From positions 493,527 through 557,526 of the forward strand of contig NMRA01000193.1 of assembly GCA_002633005.1 (NCBI GenBank): a stretch of 64,000 bases of DNA, written 5' to 3'. This DNA is from Phoronis australis (taxonomy: Eukaryota > Animalia > Phoronida). Below the pieces are notes generated by a model that saw only the letters and a list, made by a program, of their open reading frames with translations, searched no databases and was not told where the DNA came from. A program made the translations under genes and the position numbers. Shown here piece after piece: positions 13,149 to 24,568 of the stretch (within the stretch, counting starts at the first letter, position 1; the number at the start of each line of letters is the position of its first letter).

Positions 13149-15300
13149 AATTTTGGATAAACAAGCCTGTGTGGTGAAGTGGTTAACGTAGACGTACACA
13201 CAGCTGCAAAAGTCACTGTCGCGACTGTGTTCGATTCTCGTGTTCTCAAGAAGTAGTCAGCTTCGACTCGTGAGTCTGGCTTGTTCTAATACGAAGACTT
13301 CCTAATATATTTCCCTCGTTTCGAATCAGTACTCAAATGGCGGTCCACACTTGCTGTAATCCTTAGCTCATTGAAGTTTGCATGCGTGTAAATTCTACCT
13401 ACTAGCAAAACAAACAGAATGAGGACCAAGGAGACAAAAATATCACTTGTCCATGCTCACTTCCGTTGTGTGGCACTACAAGAGCGATCTTAGTAAATTA
13501 CGTAGGACGCGAGTATGGAAACTCAAAGAGGAAAAATTCCAGGACACATAAAATTATTGTCTAGGCAAAAATATTCGAGAAACAGACCAATCACGCTAAT
13601 CATCATAAGACAACTCACTACTTTGTAAATGTGTAGAATTTAACAAAATATTTCTGTTGAGCTTGTTTGTCAGTTCATTAAACTTTGTCCTTAGTAAATC
13701 AGACATAATATTTTATCTAGGTACCGTTGCACAGTTTAATTGATCTGACATTAAAGGTACTCCTGCGGTGACCAGGCGCATTCAAAATCAAAATTTTCAG
13801 TCCAAGTTGGTGTACTTGTAAAAGACTTCCCCGCTCCACCTAACTACTTCAAACGGAAAAAACTGCCGTTCACCCTTCAGTAACTTGCGTAGTCCGAGTC
13901 CTTGTAAGCAGCTTTTTGCCTGGATATTTGAAGGCATTTCAAAAACAATCCAAAATTCTCTTGTTCTAATTTCTATTTGCTCTATATTAGCATTGTCAAA
14001 AACACATCAAAATAATTTAACAATAACTTGAACAAGTCTTGTCACTGAATCGGTGTTACTAAATGAACTTAGTAACGCGGGAGTCACATATAAGTAAACT
14101 AACTCAAACCGTTCTGCTGTGCAAATTGAATTAAAAATGTTTAGCACAAAAATACGAGTATTACCGATTGTTTTGTATGAGTCTGAGATTTTGGTACTTC
14201 ATCCTGGAGAAGACACTCAAATCATGCACTATTAAATTTGCAATTTTTTATTGAGGTGTGGACATTATGTCTCAAACGCTACCGTGAGAGAACAGCTTCT
14301 TAGAGTGGCAACGACAAACACTGAGTCAAGATTATTAAGATGCCAATTTTACCAAGCCATTGTTGTATTAATTTATGCACTAGAGTGCAATATGAAACGA
14401 CTAAACAAAATAATTATGGCTGAGGTTTAAATGGCAACCCATTGTTATTTGTTATTTGCGTATAGTTTTGGAATTGTTTGGGTACAGCAAGGTGTCGGCC
14501 ATACTACCTCATTCATAAGTAAATTTCAATTACGTTCCTGTGATTTTCACACTGGAGAAACAGTCGTTAGCTGTTAAAAAGAATTTTTGTTGAGGTATAC
14601 ACAGCACGTTTAAAAAATAGCAGCCCTCGCGAGATTATTAGTTCGGCGAATTCTTTATTTATAGTTAAGGGAAGGTTTACTGTTTTTATATATGCCGGAA
14701 GATACGGGTATGTAGTACCTATGGAAAGGGACTAGAAACAGAAATACACTTTCTTCTCAAATGCAGTTTACATTGAGATTAATCAAAAATGGCGAATTTG
14801 CGCATTGCGTGTGACCTGATGAATAATATGACATCGATTTGTTCAGGCCTAATTCTAGTTCCGTTTTTTTATTAGATAAACACGGCGAAATGTAGTTTAA
14901 AATCGTATAACATTCAGGCACAACACTCAGATATTGTCACTGACAAAAGTGCTTTATTTCGAAGTGTTCCAACGTCATTATTACTCTCACATGGGCCAAG
15001 TTCGTCAGATAACGTGGTCATGGAACGGAGTTCTTCGACTGTTTCAAAAACTCCTTCAGCTGTTTTCTAGAAACGCAACGTCTTCATTATGTATCCAATC
15101 TGTAGGCCTATTCTGCATGTTTGTGGAAATCTCTTGGCACTCCTTGTGTCTGACCAATGCACCGATTTATAGTAGCCACCCGTTTTACCGAAAATGTACA
15201 ATTGTCATGTTAGTGTTGTCTTGCGATTCATTGTTGCCTCACTTGTTCTCAGAATTTGAGTGATAGACGAAGACCTGAGATTGCCCCCTATTGTGTTCAG

Positions 15301-17611
15301 CTATGGAGCACTTACGTTGCTCTCTCTGGTACAGTCTGAATGAATCTCATTCGTGTGTTTTGTTCGTGGGGATTTCATTTTCGTATCATCCTCACAGTTA
15401 TCGTTGGGCAGCCTGCTAGGGCAGCAAACAGATCGATTTGTTGACGAGAAAGTATAAAGAATGGGATTTAGAGCCGAATTGATGGGCATGATAAAAATGG
15501 CGACCCATGAAGAGCCCTGGCGCCCTATGGTCACCCCAGAAAGGGCAATGACCCCTATGACACATATAGGAACCCAGCAGCAAAAGTCAGTTACAACGAT
15601 GAGAATTAATCGTCTAGCCAGTGCCATGTCTCGTGCAGAACGTTTTCGTTGAGATTTTTTCCTCTGTTTTTTCGCGTAAGTAAAGATGGCTATATAACCG
15701 GCGGCTATTAAGATAAAGCAAGAAAAATTGACGGCTAAGAAAAGGGCAGTGGAGTATTCCCATCCCGTGGACGAAATATTTCGAAGGGTGAATGGTAGAC
15801 AGACGGATGTAGTACCATAGTACCCCGTACCATGCACAATGATAGGAACAGTCGCTATGACACAGCAAACCATCCACCCGGCTCCCATCACTGCAGCGGC
15901 CGACTTCTTGGAAAGAGATCGAAACTTGAAAGTAAACATCAACACCAGTACTCGGTCGACGGTGATTACAACAAGAGTGAACACCGACATTTCACAAGAG
16001 ACTGTTGAAAGAAATCCCTGAAGCTGACACAAGAATCCATTGTTCCATTCTTTTTCAAACTGGTAAAACTTTCCTTGACTTTTAAAGTAACGGTCCGCCG
16101 CACCAATGATCAACAAGTAGATGCCCATCAAGAAATCAGATACGCTAAGATTGAGTACCAGGAAAGAATTGACATTTTGCTTTTCAGTTTTTAAGCGCCA
16201 TATGAAAACAGCCAGGTTGCCAACAAAAGCGAACGCTCCCACAACCCACACAGCATAGCTAAGGAATTCGTTTGCTAACATGTCGTCGCATGACGAAAAT
16301 TCATTTGCTTCTGGCAAACACTTAGCGGATGTATTCAATTCGCAGCAAAATCTAAAAGCATCCGAAGTGAGATGTTCAATGTAGATATTGCTGAACACCC
16401 CTGCCTCTATTCTTAATGCTTCACTGTTATGTTGGATGTCTAGAGTGGCGATACGTCCTTCAAAAGCTTTCCTTGAAATGAATTCAAGAGCGTTGGAAGA
16501 GAGATCCAGATGGTCAATATTGACTGCGTAGAAAGGTTTTTCATCAAGTCTAAGAAGCTGGTTTCCCTTCAAATTAAGGAACACCAAGTTTTGCATCTTG
16601 CTGAATGCAAAGGGCGGTATGACTGTGATGTTATTGTAAGATATATCAAGCGTTCCCAGATAGACGTACTCCGATAATGTGTTTGTCATCAGCTCTAAGG
16701 AATTGAAAGAAAAAAATAAGGCGCGCAATTCTTTGGAATACGACGGAATAACACGCAAATCATATCCAACGCAATCCATAGAGAAGATACTGCAGTTACA
16801 AGGTGCTGGGCAGTCTGAAGGCAATTTACAGTATTTCTCATCTTCTCCATACAAACAGTCTGGCTTACCGTCGCAGATCAAATCTTGATCTATACAAATA
16901 CGTGTTCCGGGACATCTCAGTAAGTTAGGACAATTATACGATTCACACCCAATCTCGTCTTCGCCATTCAAACAGTCACGTGCACCATCGCAGACGCGCT
17001 GAAAATATATGCAGTATGAGTTAGGACATTTAAACATCCCAGGGCATTGGAAACTCGAACAGTTTCGCAGATGACTAAAATCGCGACAACCGTCGACTTT
17101 TGGTTGACTGTAGTTATCGAGATTGTACACACATGCCAGCCCTCTCTTAAAACATTTGTTATGTTCGGCATAACAACGAACTTCGTTGCTGTTTTCACAA
17201 AATGGGCGATAGTCGACGTAAATTTGAATTTTCGAACCAGTCTTAAGAATTTCCGTTTCACCTCTTAATGAATCTTTATAGTACAAACGTTCGTCCTCGG
17301 TAGCAAAGGATGGGCAGTCAGGGACGAGGTCATTCTTTCGACTTAAAGGCAGACAAACTTCAGAATAACAACTGAATCCATCTTTGCAGTGACTTGTCCG
17401 TTTACAGTTATCTGGTCTTTCGTCCTCTCCTGATGGACAATGTTGAACGAAATCACAAGTGTTATTTCCCGGTATACAGCTGCCGTCGTCACATCGGAAT
17501 TCGTTCGAAGAGCAAAGCGGGTAAGAGCAATCTTTTTCATCTGAGTTATCTTTACAGTTACCAACGCGATCACAGTACAGAGAGTAAGAAATGCACTCGC
17601 CACTGGAACAC
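15301..17611 (-). CDS. GRL101-like GPCR paralog A, coding exon 3: LDLa repeats, LRRs, 7TM
   Basis: ctacag acceptor in phase 2. About 6 LDLa-like repeats (CPGMFKCPNSYCI..CDG..DC.NGEDE), LRRNT plus LRRs (LDISYNNI, LNLKGNQL, LDLSSNAL), LGR-C hinge CLPEANEFSSCDDML, and class A motifs GN, SD, DR, TDFCCWVP, NPILY. Confidence 0.93.
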
Positions 17612-17871
17612 CTGTAGCAAAACGTGTGTTTAGTATCACGTGGCAATCACATTTGTATCTGATTTGGAATAGATTTAGTAAACAAAACATAATAAAATTA
17701 GCTGACGTATCAGCTAACTGAATCAGAAAAGTTGGTTATCTTCTTAAAGAACAACGTAGTTCGCACAATTGTAATATCCCTTAGTACTGACAAATGAAGT
17801 GGCATTGTGGACATGTTGTACCGTGGCGTCACTTGTTTACGTTGCTACTGTTTATAAATAAAATGTCATAC

Positions 17872-18824
17872 CTGAACTTTCGTTCGCAAGTGCACTCTTT
17901 TTCGTCATCTCCTCCACTACAGTCTTTCACGCCGTCACACAGTCGTGTTTCAAATATACACGTTCTATCCTGACACCTGTATTGGTGAAGACCACACTGC
18001 TGACTGTCAAGAACGTCGCGCTCGCACAGCACATTAAGAGGTCCAGTTGGAAAACCCTTTCTTCTTTCCAGCCATTTTGAGGTATCCATGATGTCCGACT
18101 GGCTTTCTGAAAGATCCCAAATAAACGGTGGACGGTCACTGCAATCCCACTGCTTTATTCGGAAATCAAATACATTTCCAACGACTCCTTCCAACTCTAG
18201 CCTATACTCATCCCATTTCTGCTCAACAATATTGATTATTCGACACGTTGTGTTCCTTTGCTTCAGCCATATGCCACGGTACTTTGGGTGGTGTTTCCAA
18301 AGGGACAAGTGGTATGTTATTATGTTCATATCCTTTGTTCCAATGTCTGCTACTTTACTTCCGACACGTGCACACATGATTTCTGCTTGTGAATAGTTCA
18401 GCGACGTCCAGCTGCTATGCTTACTCGTTTCCAATCTAATACATTTCTGACTGCTCTCCATGTATGTCCAATGGCGTGGACAGGCAGAAAGAGTGCTGTC
18501 AATTTTAACGTTTGACAGTGTCACAGAGGATGATGGTACAGGTTTCTTGCATACATACGATGGTGTTTCAAAAGGGTAATTACACGGAAGTTTGGCCCAA
18601 TGTGTTTTGGATGTCAGGCGAATACTGCTATCGGGAACATACATTATTGTACAAAGTGATACCGGATCCAATACTGGCTGAAGCCGACTGCTACCTATGA
18701 CGAACTGAACAACTGTATCGGGCACAAACATTGTTTCTTCCTGAGTTACGTAATCTGAAAAAATACGCCTGTGCCAGTCAGCAAAACGAAACTGGGATCC
18801 ATCAGCCCAACTAACGTTACTGCC
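17872..18824 (-). CDS. GRL101-like GPCR paralog A, coding exon 2: end of CTLD1, CTLD2, first LDLa
   Basis: tttcag acceptor; in-frame GSNVSWADGSQFRFADW...YVCKK, then CPRHWTY..C..LNYSQAEIMC..IWL, then LDLa CGLHQYRCQDRTCIFETRLCDGVKDCSGGDDEKEC. Donor ag|gtatga, phase 2. Confidence 0.88.
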
Positions 18825-19526
18825 CTGAAATCCAAAAATAATGAATGCATTATTTTGTACGCAATATTCGTATGATATTGTATTTGAAATGATCGTTTAG
18901 ATTGTTCTAATGATAGAAGAATGATTTGGAGTGAAATGGAGATCTTAAAAGACTCGCGTTATTGAAATGGAGATATTAAAGGACTCGAATTATATAACCT
19001 CAATGGTTTCATTGAAACAAGATTGAAGTAACTGAAGCTGTTCTTTGAGATTGCCGTCCCAACCTTTAAAGAGGCATGTAACGCGAAAGCTTGTCAAAAA
19101 TATTTTTTAAACAATGCATGACGAAAGTGCCATCTCACAACGTCCACAACACTGAGTAATTCAGACACGCCTATGAGGACATTTCAAGAAAAAATAAAAG
19201 AATTCACGATTTTTGAAATACGCGCAAAGGAAAAACTCTGTGGTTACGACAGAGTTTCTAATCTCCCTCTCACTTATAATAAATGCGCGCGTGAGTTCAG
19301 AATCAGTTGCTTTAAGTCGCTTGAGGTCAAAAGTCACGAAAATGACGAAGTGGCGAGCAGTTGACAGGTGTTTTTTTTGAAATTTGAAACTGAAAGAAAT
19401 TGATTTGAGATCAAGATAAACTGAATTCTGTTTCAAAGGCAGAAAACCATATTGAAAATTGCAATTTAGTCTGCTTATCACGTTCCAGGCCTCTTTAAAC
19501 AACGTGATTGAAATACATTGAAATAC

Positions 19527-22154
19527 CTGTCCTTTTAAGCCAATGAACAGAAGGTTGTATTGGCGAGAAGAACCTTCGCTTCTCCAATGTGTGGCAAGCA
19601 TTTGCTTCAAAAACAAAAGTTCCTGCTCATCCCGGACAGACGTCAACACTGCTCCTTCGTTAGTACACATCTCCATGGCGTTATTCCACGTGAACCCCTT
19701 CTTGGAATTTGCAGTTTTAAATGTGTAACAGTTTCCCTGGTAATAGAAATAATTTCCCTGGCATTCAGAAACATTTTGTAGAAGCGGTCGTGGAATTTCG
19801 ACAACACTGAACTCAAGAGTGAACCAAAAGCTTGGTTGAACTGTTACAGTGACGTAATCAGTGTTTATGCTATAGTAAACATATACATTTCCATGCCGTT
19901 GCACGCTTGGCGCTTGTGCCTTTACAAACGAACCTGCATCGCAACGGTGTTTGAAGAGTCGCTCCATTACATTCAATACTTTCTTGTTATCGGCGTCATT
20001 TTCTGTTGTGAAACGAATTCGATAACGGGAAAAGCCCCCGTCTTTATCGTTGCAGTTTTCCTTCCTTCGAGAAAGTATTAACGTACACGTGGTGTCTCCA
20101 ATAGGGCCGTAGCTAAGTAAATTACCGGAATATTTAGTTGATGGCAACCTCCAATAACGCCCACATGGTGCAGAAGTGGTCGACTGAGTATTTCGACATG
20201 AAATGTCAGCACACTGCTTGCTTTCTGCTTTCGTAACGTTGTGAACGGATATTGTGATGCGGGTCACTTGCACGGAACCGGGACAGATGGACAGGATAGC
20301 TGAAAGCGCTTGAACCTCCGTAAATGTGCATGTTGGCAAATATGGTTTTTCTTGAAGATAGTATTGAAGGCAGCCGACTTTGCGTTGGCATTTGTAACCC
20401 GTCGACAGTGGTGAAGGGTTTACTTGCATTCGAGTATTGTTACTAAATTTGTGGGACAGGGGAAAGGCTTTGACACCGTAACCATGTACTGCGTTATGTG
20501 GAATGTCCATCAAAATAACGCACGACCTCCCGTCGATATTCACTGGAGTTGATGAACTTGAATAAACAGCAGCGCAATCTGTCTCGCTTATAAATGCACT
20601 AATTTCATCAGCGTAATTTTTTCGATTTTTGTATAACACGACAGTCAGGTACATTTGGGTTGAATATATAATAATGGGATCTGATGGTTTACAGAACGGT
20701 CCTATCATCTTATTTGGATTATCGGGTGAAGCACCGTCGTAAACTGCGTATCCAAGTGTGCTGCAATCGTTGTCAACAGCTGGTACTTTATTTATAAGTA
20801 ACTTTACAAAGTTATTCGGGTTTGAAGCTCTAAACACCCAGACACAGTTCCCAGCGAATGATCCTTTTAAAGAAGCCAGAATCGGGACTCCAGTTACAAG
20901 ATTATCCTTGCGAACGGGTCCGGTACAAAATGAGGGTAGATCATCACGGTATACAGAGCGATATTCAAAGGAAAAGTTCATCGACATATCCAGCATCGAT
21001 AATAAGACTGATATCTTTGACTGGGGAAAGCGTTGCTCCCCTCTTGAAATGCCATTTAAGTTGAACTTGTGCGTTTCCTTGCATGTCCATTTGAATAAGC
21101 CGTCATACATCTTTAATGTGAAAATACCGTTATCCAAGTTTTGTGGTGAGATAGACGTATTCCATGACAAAATAATTTCATGTCCAATAGGGACATTGAT
21201 TTCCCATATAAAGATGTTGACAAACTGACGTATAAAAGAAGGCAAACAGCTGTTCACTGCTGTTGCACAGCTGACGGAACCCACTGACTCTCTTGGAAGC
21301 TTCACTATTCCACCGATTGTTTGTGGAACGCCAGACTTAGGTACGCCTTTGTAAGAAACGTGGAATTGTGACAGCATGACACTGTCAGTTGTTTCAAACA
21401 CTATCACTCCTTTATGAGATGAAGAGTACAAAACTTCGGTAATCCTTGCACCACAGAATTTTCCTAACAAGTTTGTTTTGTTGCCAATCCTTTCAAAAAT
21501 CATCAACTTAATATATTCGCAATTATTTGAATATTCCATTTTCAAATTAGTAATTGTTATTTGTAGAGCTTCATAATTCTTCACGCTAAAATCAACACTA
21601 CAATATTTATACGAACTTGCGTCTTCTGGCGGAAGTTTGACCACTTGCATATTCAGGTCGTGTTTACAGTCATCATCGTGTTTCATCTGATGGATTCCTC
21701 TATATTCTAAGGCGAGCTGCACACTGTGCATTCCAAGATGGTGCAATGTAATTTTTACCGTAGTGGCGTTCAAAATCCACAGACGGTCTTGAAGGTCGTC
21801 CACTGTTCCACAAAGAACGTACTCATTCTTACTTGTGTACAATTTTGTCGATGTTGTTAAATAATACCCAATAACACCTGGTACAACTCGTTCAATTTTA
21901 AGATAAGGTCCCCCTGAGTTGTTACAGTGCGGTGACGACGTGATGAACATGTCAATAAAGCCTAGCTGTATCCGACCACCTTCCTTTGGCCCAAGTGACA
22001 CCGTCCATGTGTTGTGGACTCCAGACAAGACGCTGTTGTATTTTTCTCCAGCTATTATTGTCCCCGACAAGTGCTTTAGTTCGTCTGATGCACAGCGAAG
22101 AACACAGAGGAGTAGCAAAATGAATCCTGCAACCGGGACCACTGTAAACTTCAT
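19527..22154 (-). CDS. Giant GRL101-like (LGR type C) GPCR paralog A, coding exon 1: signal peptide, CUB-like domains, first half of C-type lectin domain
   Basis: MKFTVVPVAGFILLLLCVLRCAS signal peptide, preceded by a tttacag acceptor at 22185-22184. CUB motifs (LGKFCG, CVWVFRA..AVYDG..IGPFC). CTLD start (CQGNYFYYQGNCY..TWNNAMEMC..GAVLTSV..LFIGL). Donor cag|gtattt, phase 0. Confidence 0.85.
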
Positions 22155-23325
22155 TTTGAACCGGCTGCTCAATGCAAATTCGCCTGTAAAGTATGTTCCA
22201 CAATTTCTACAAGGTGGTACAAAGAGTGTCATATTTTACACTTCATCATGTTTTCAAACGGTGTAGACAGCAGGTCTGTGAGATGTTCTTGGAACCAAAA
22301 TGGATAAAAATGGGATGAACAATAAGAAACAACGGATAAAAATCGTCGAAATTGACCTTTCCATAAACGGATGCTTTTGACGCAGAGAGTTTAGGCGAGA
22401 CATTGGAAATCACAATGTATATGGCAGGTGGACAACTGGGCGTTTGATGGACCAGTCTCTTGAGATTGAAAATATAGCAAATAACAACCATGGTCACATT
22501 GACAGCCAAAACGCTCGCCCTGGCCAAAGTTGTTGGGGAGCTATTCCTTTTCCCATCAAACAAGCGTGGGACGCTTTTCATTCCTCTGACCGTGATCCTC
22601 ACCAAATGCTAGTTGTTTTGCCGTATTGCGATTTTCTGCATTTTGTTGAACGGAGGACCCATCTGGAAAATGCTCGTAATTGATGACCTTGATATACCAA
22701 GTTCGCGAGACGCAATTTGAGATCTCGAGGACACCACAAGCCGTTCCCGCAAGGGAGTTCTGGCTAAAAGAGGCAGATCGCTCTGAAAGTGACCGTTATT
22801 GTTTTTTTCATCCCTTACGTTATCCTAAGTTTTGTCCACCAAAATTTCAACTGTCCCTCTATCAGGTACGCTGTTCTTGCCAAAATCTCACCTGCATTGT
22901 CTCTGTGTCAAAAGCACGGATCAAGTTAATGGAAAAGTAGTCTTCAACAAATTTCCCGCTGCTGTTTAGTGTCCTGTCCAATCGGACTCATTTTGGTGTC
23001 AAAGAAATTTACCCGTGTCTGCTATTTGTTACACCATCTGAAAAACATGGCAAAATGTAATTTAGGATAAACTAAACATAGGACACTTTTTAGAACACCC
23101 TGTATGTTAAATATGTGACATATCATATCAATTTTATGCGGGTAATTGGACCTACTTTGTGAAGACGCCACTAATAGCGGATTTGCAGCGCAAACGAACT
23201 ACGCATTGCGCATGTGCGAGTTACTTCCTGCGCAAAGGCTCATGGGATAGCTTGTGGTCAGGCATGTCTTGAGCAGGCTGGATAGTGTATGCATTTGGAG
23301 TGATTTGCAAACTAAAAACCATGTT

Positions 23326-24568
23326 TCATTTTTTTTGCTTTATAATACCAAGCAAGTCCTCTCTCTCGTTTGTAAACACAGCGTAGCTATGATCAGTGAC
23401 CGTGTGACCGAGGGCACGACTGTCGTCATGTTCAGTATTGGGGCTATCGGCGTTGATTTCGAAATCTCCTCCGGTTTCAGACAAGTTGATAGTTATGGGG
23501 TTGCTTAACTTTTGTAGCTTTCGCCGTGGATATGCTGGAGACGTTAATTTTAAGAGGAAACTCCGTCGGAATGTTGTTCTCATACGTCTTTTTCCATCAG
23601 GAAAATGTTCGCTGCACACACGATGGCCCCTAGGCTAGGCAATTACATCGCACTGGATGCCGCAGGCATTCAGGGGCGATAGTACGTCCTCACAAAAAGT
23701 TACTCATTTCAAAATACAGCAAATAAAATCAAATGAACCATACATATAGGAACACGGAGTTATAATTAACACATACCACGACTTTGGATACAATTTAGTT
23801 ACCAAAACATGAACAAATCGATGAAAATCTGTCGCGGTTTGCTCGAGTTTCTCTCAGTTACCGGGTGCCATTTTGAGGAAGTTACGTGAAATTACGCATG
23901 TTGACGAATAAAAAGTCCAAGGGACACACATCTTACAAGTTTACCCGATACCTTCTCATGCTATTTTACAAGTGTCGCGCGCTAGCGTCACGCGCTTCGC
24001 TCAGTCTCGCGCTAACCTTTGCCTAACTCACGTGATTCAGTTGACATGCTTTGTGGTTATCGCGCACGCGGTGATAAAATTAACGGCAACCAAAAAAGTG
24101 AAGTTGTAATTCTTCACCAAAGTCAACTTAATTCTCACAACTAAGCTTCATCAAAGATATGTGTAGAAGTAGAAAGGACCAATGATGAAAGTAAGTGTTT
24201 TTTAAAGTTTTAATTGTAGATTGTATTTTTGACGAGGTGAAAACTCGAAATCGGTATCCCAAATCCGGTCACGGCCAGTTTAAAATACACTGAAGTAACG
24301 AAATGAATACAGAAAGCGAATGGAAGTATTGTAGCCCCTATATGGCCAACCGAGGGGCTACGTGTTGCCTACTAGATGGCCCCGCGTTGGTTTGAATGCG
24401 CTAAATCTCCCCTTACTCCCAGCTCTCCTAATGTTGTTTATCCATTTTTCACGAAGTTCTTGGTTTGCAGGGAACACATAAAAACTCAGATTTTTATCTC
24501 TCTTGTTGTTTTTGAAGCAGCCAGGAACACAACAAGTGTATCCGCCGTAAGTTTTCTTCGCGCTCATA
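23326..24568 (-). pseudogene. Disrupted THAP zinc-finger ORF (transposase N-terminus)
   Basis: Removing 23631-24374 and one TSD copy restores ...FKPTRGHRVCSEHFPDGK. A frameshift then gives KTYENNIPTEFP (AVPTIF-box-like). A downstream DHSY motif resembles an HCF-binding motif. Confidence 0.75.
23631..24374. mobile_element. 744-bp non-autonomous DNA element with 9-bp TSD (Mutator-like by TSD length), nested in the THAP element
   Basis: GATGGCCCC duplicated at 23622-23630 and 24375-24383; imperfect TIRs (tag..taggcaa / ttgccta.ta); a second partial copy lies at 9659-10119. Confidence 0.8.

Noticed and set aside
13150-13480. Bidirectional promoter (YY1-like aaatggcgg, ETS-like cacttccg) upstream of KIAA1143
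   Set aside because: Short motifs only, and no divergent gene is visible before the receptor A 3' end.
22155-22232. Upstream ATG (MTLFVPP...) in the ORF track as the start of receptor A
   Set aside because: Lies across a strong splice acceptor; the signal peptide begins at MKFTVV (22154), matching the paralog's layout.
15461-22266. Plus-strand and alternate-frame ORFs overlapping receptor A (and likewise 38696-40971, 60946-62810 for receptor B)
   Set aside because: Antisense shadows of long coding exons; no motifs or splice logic of their own.
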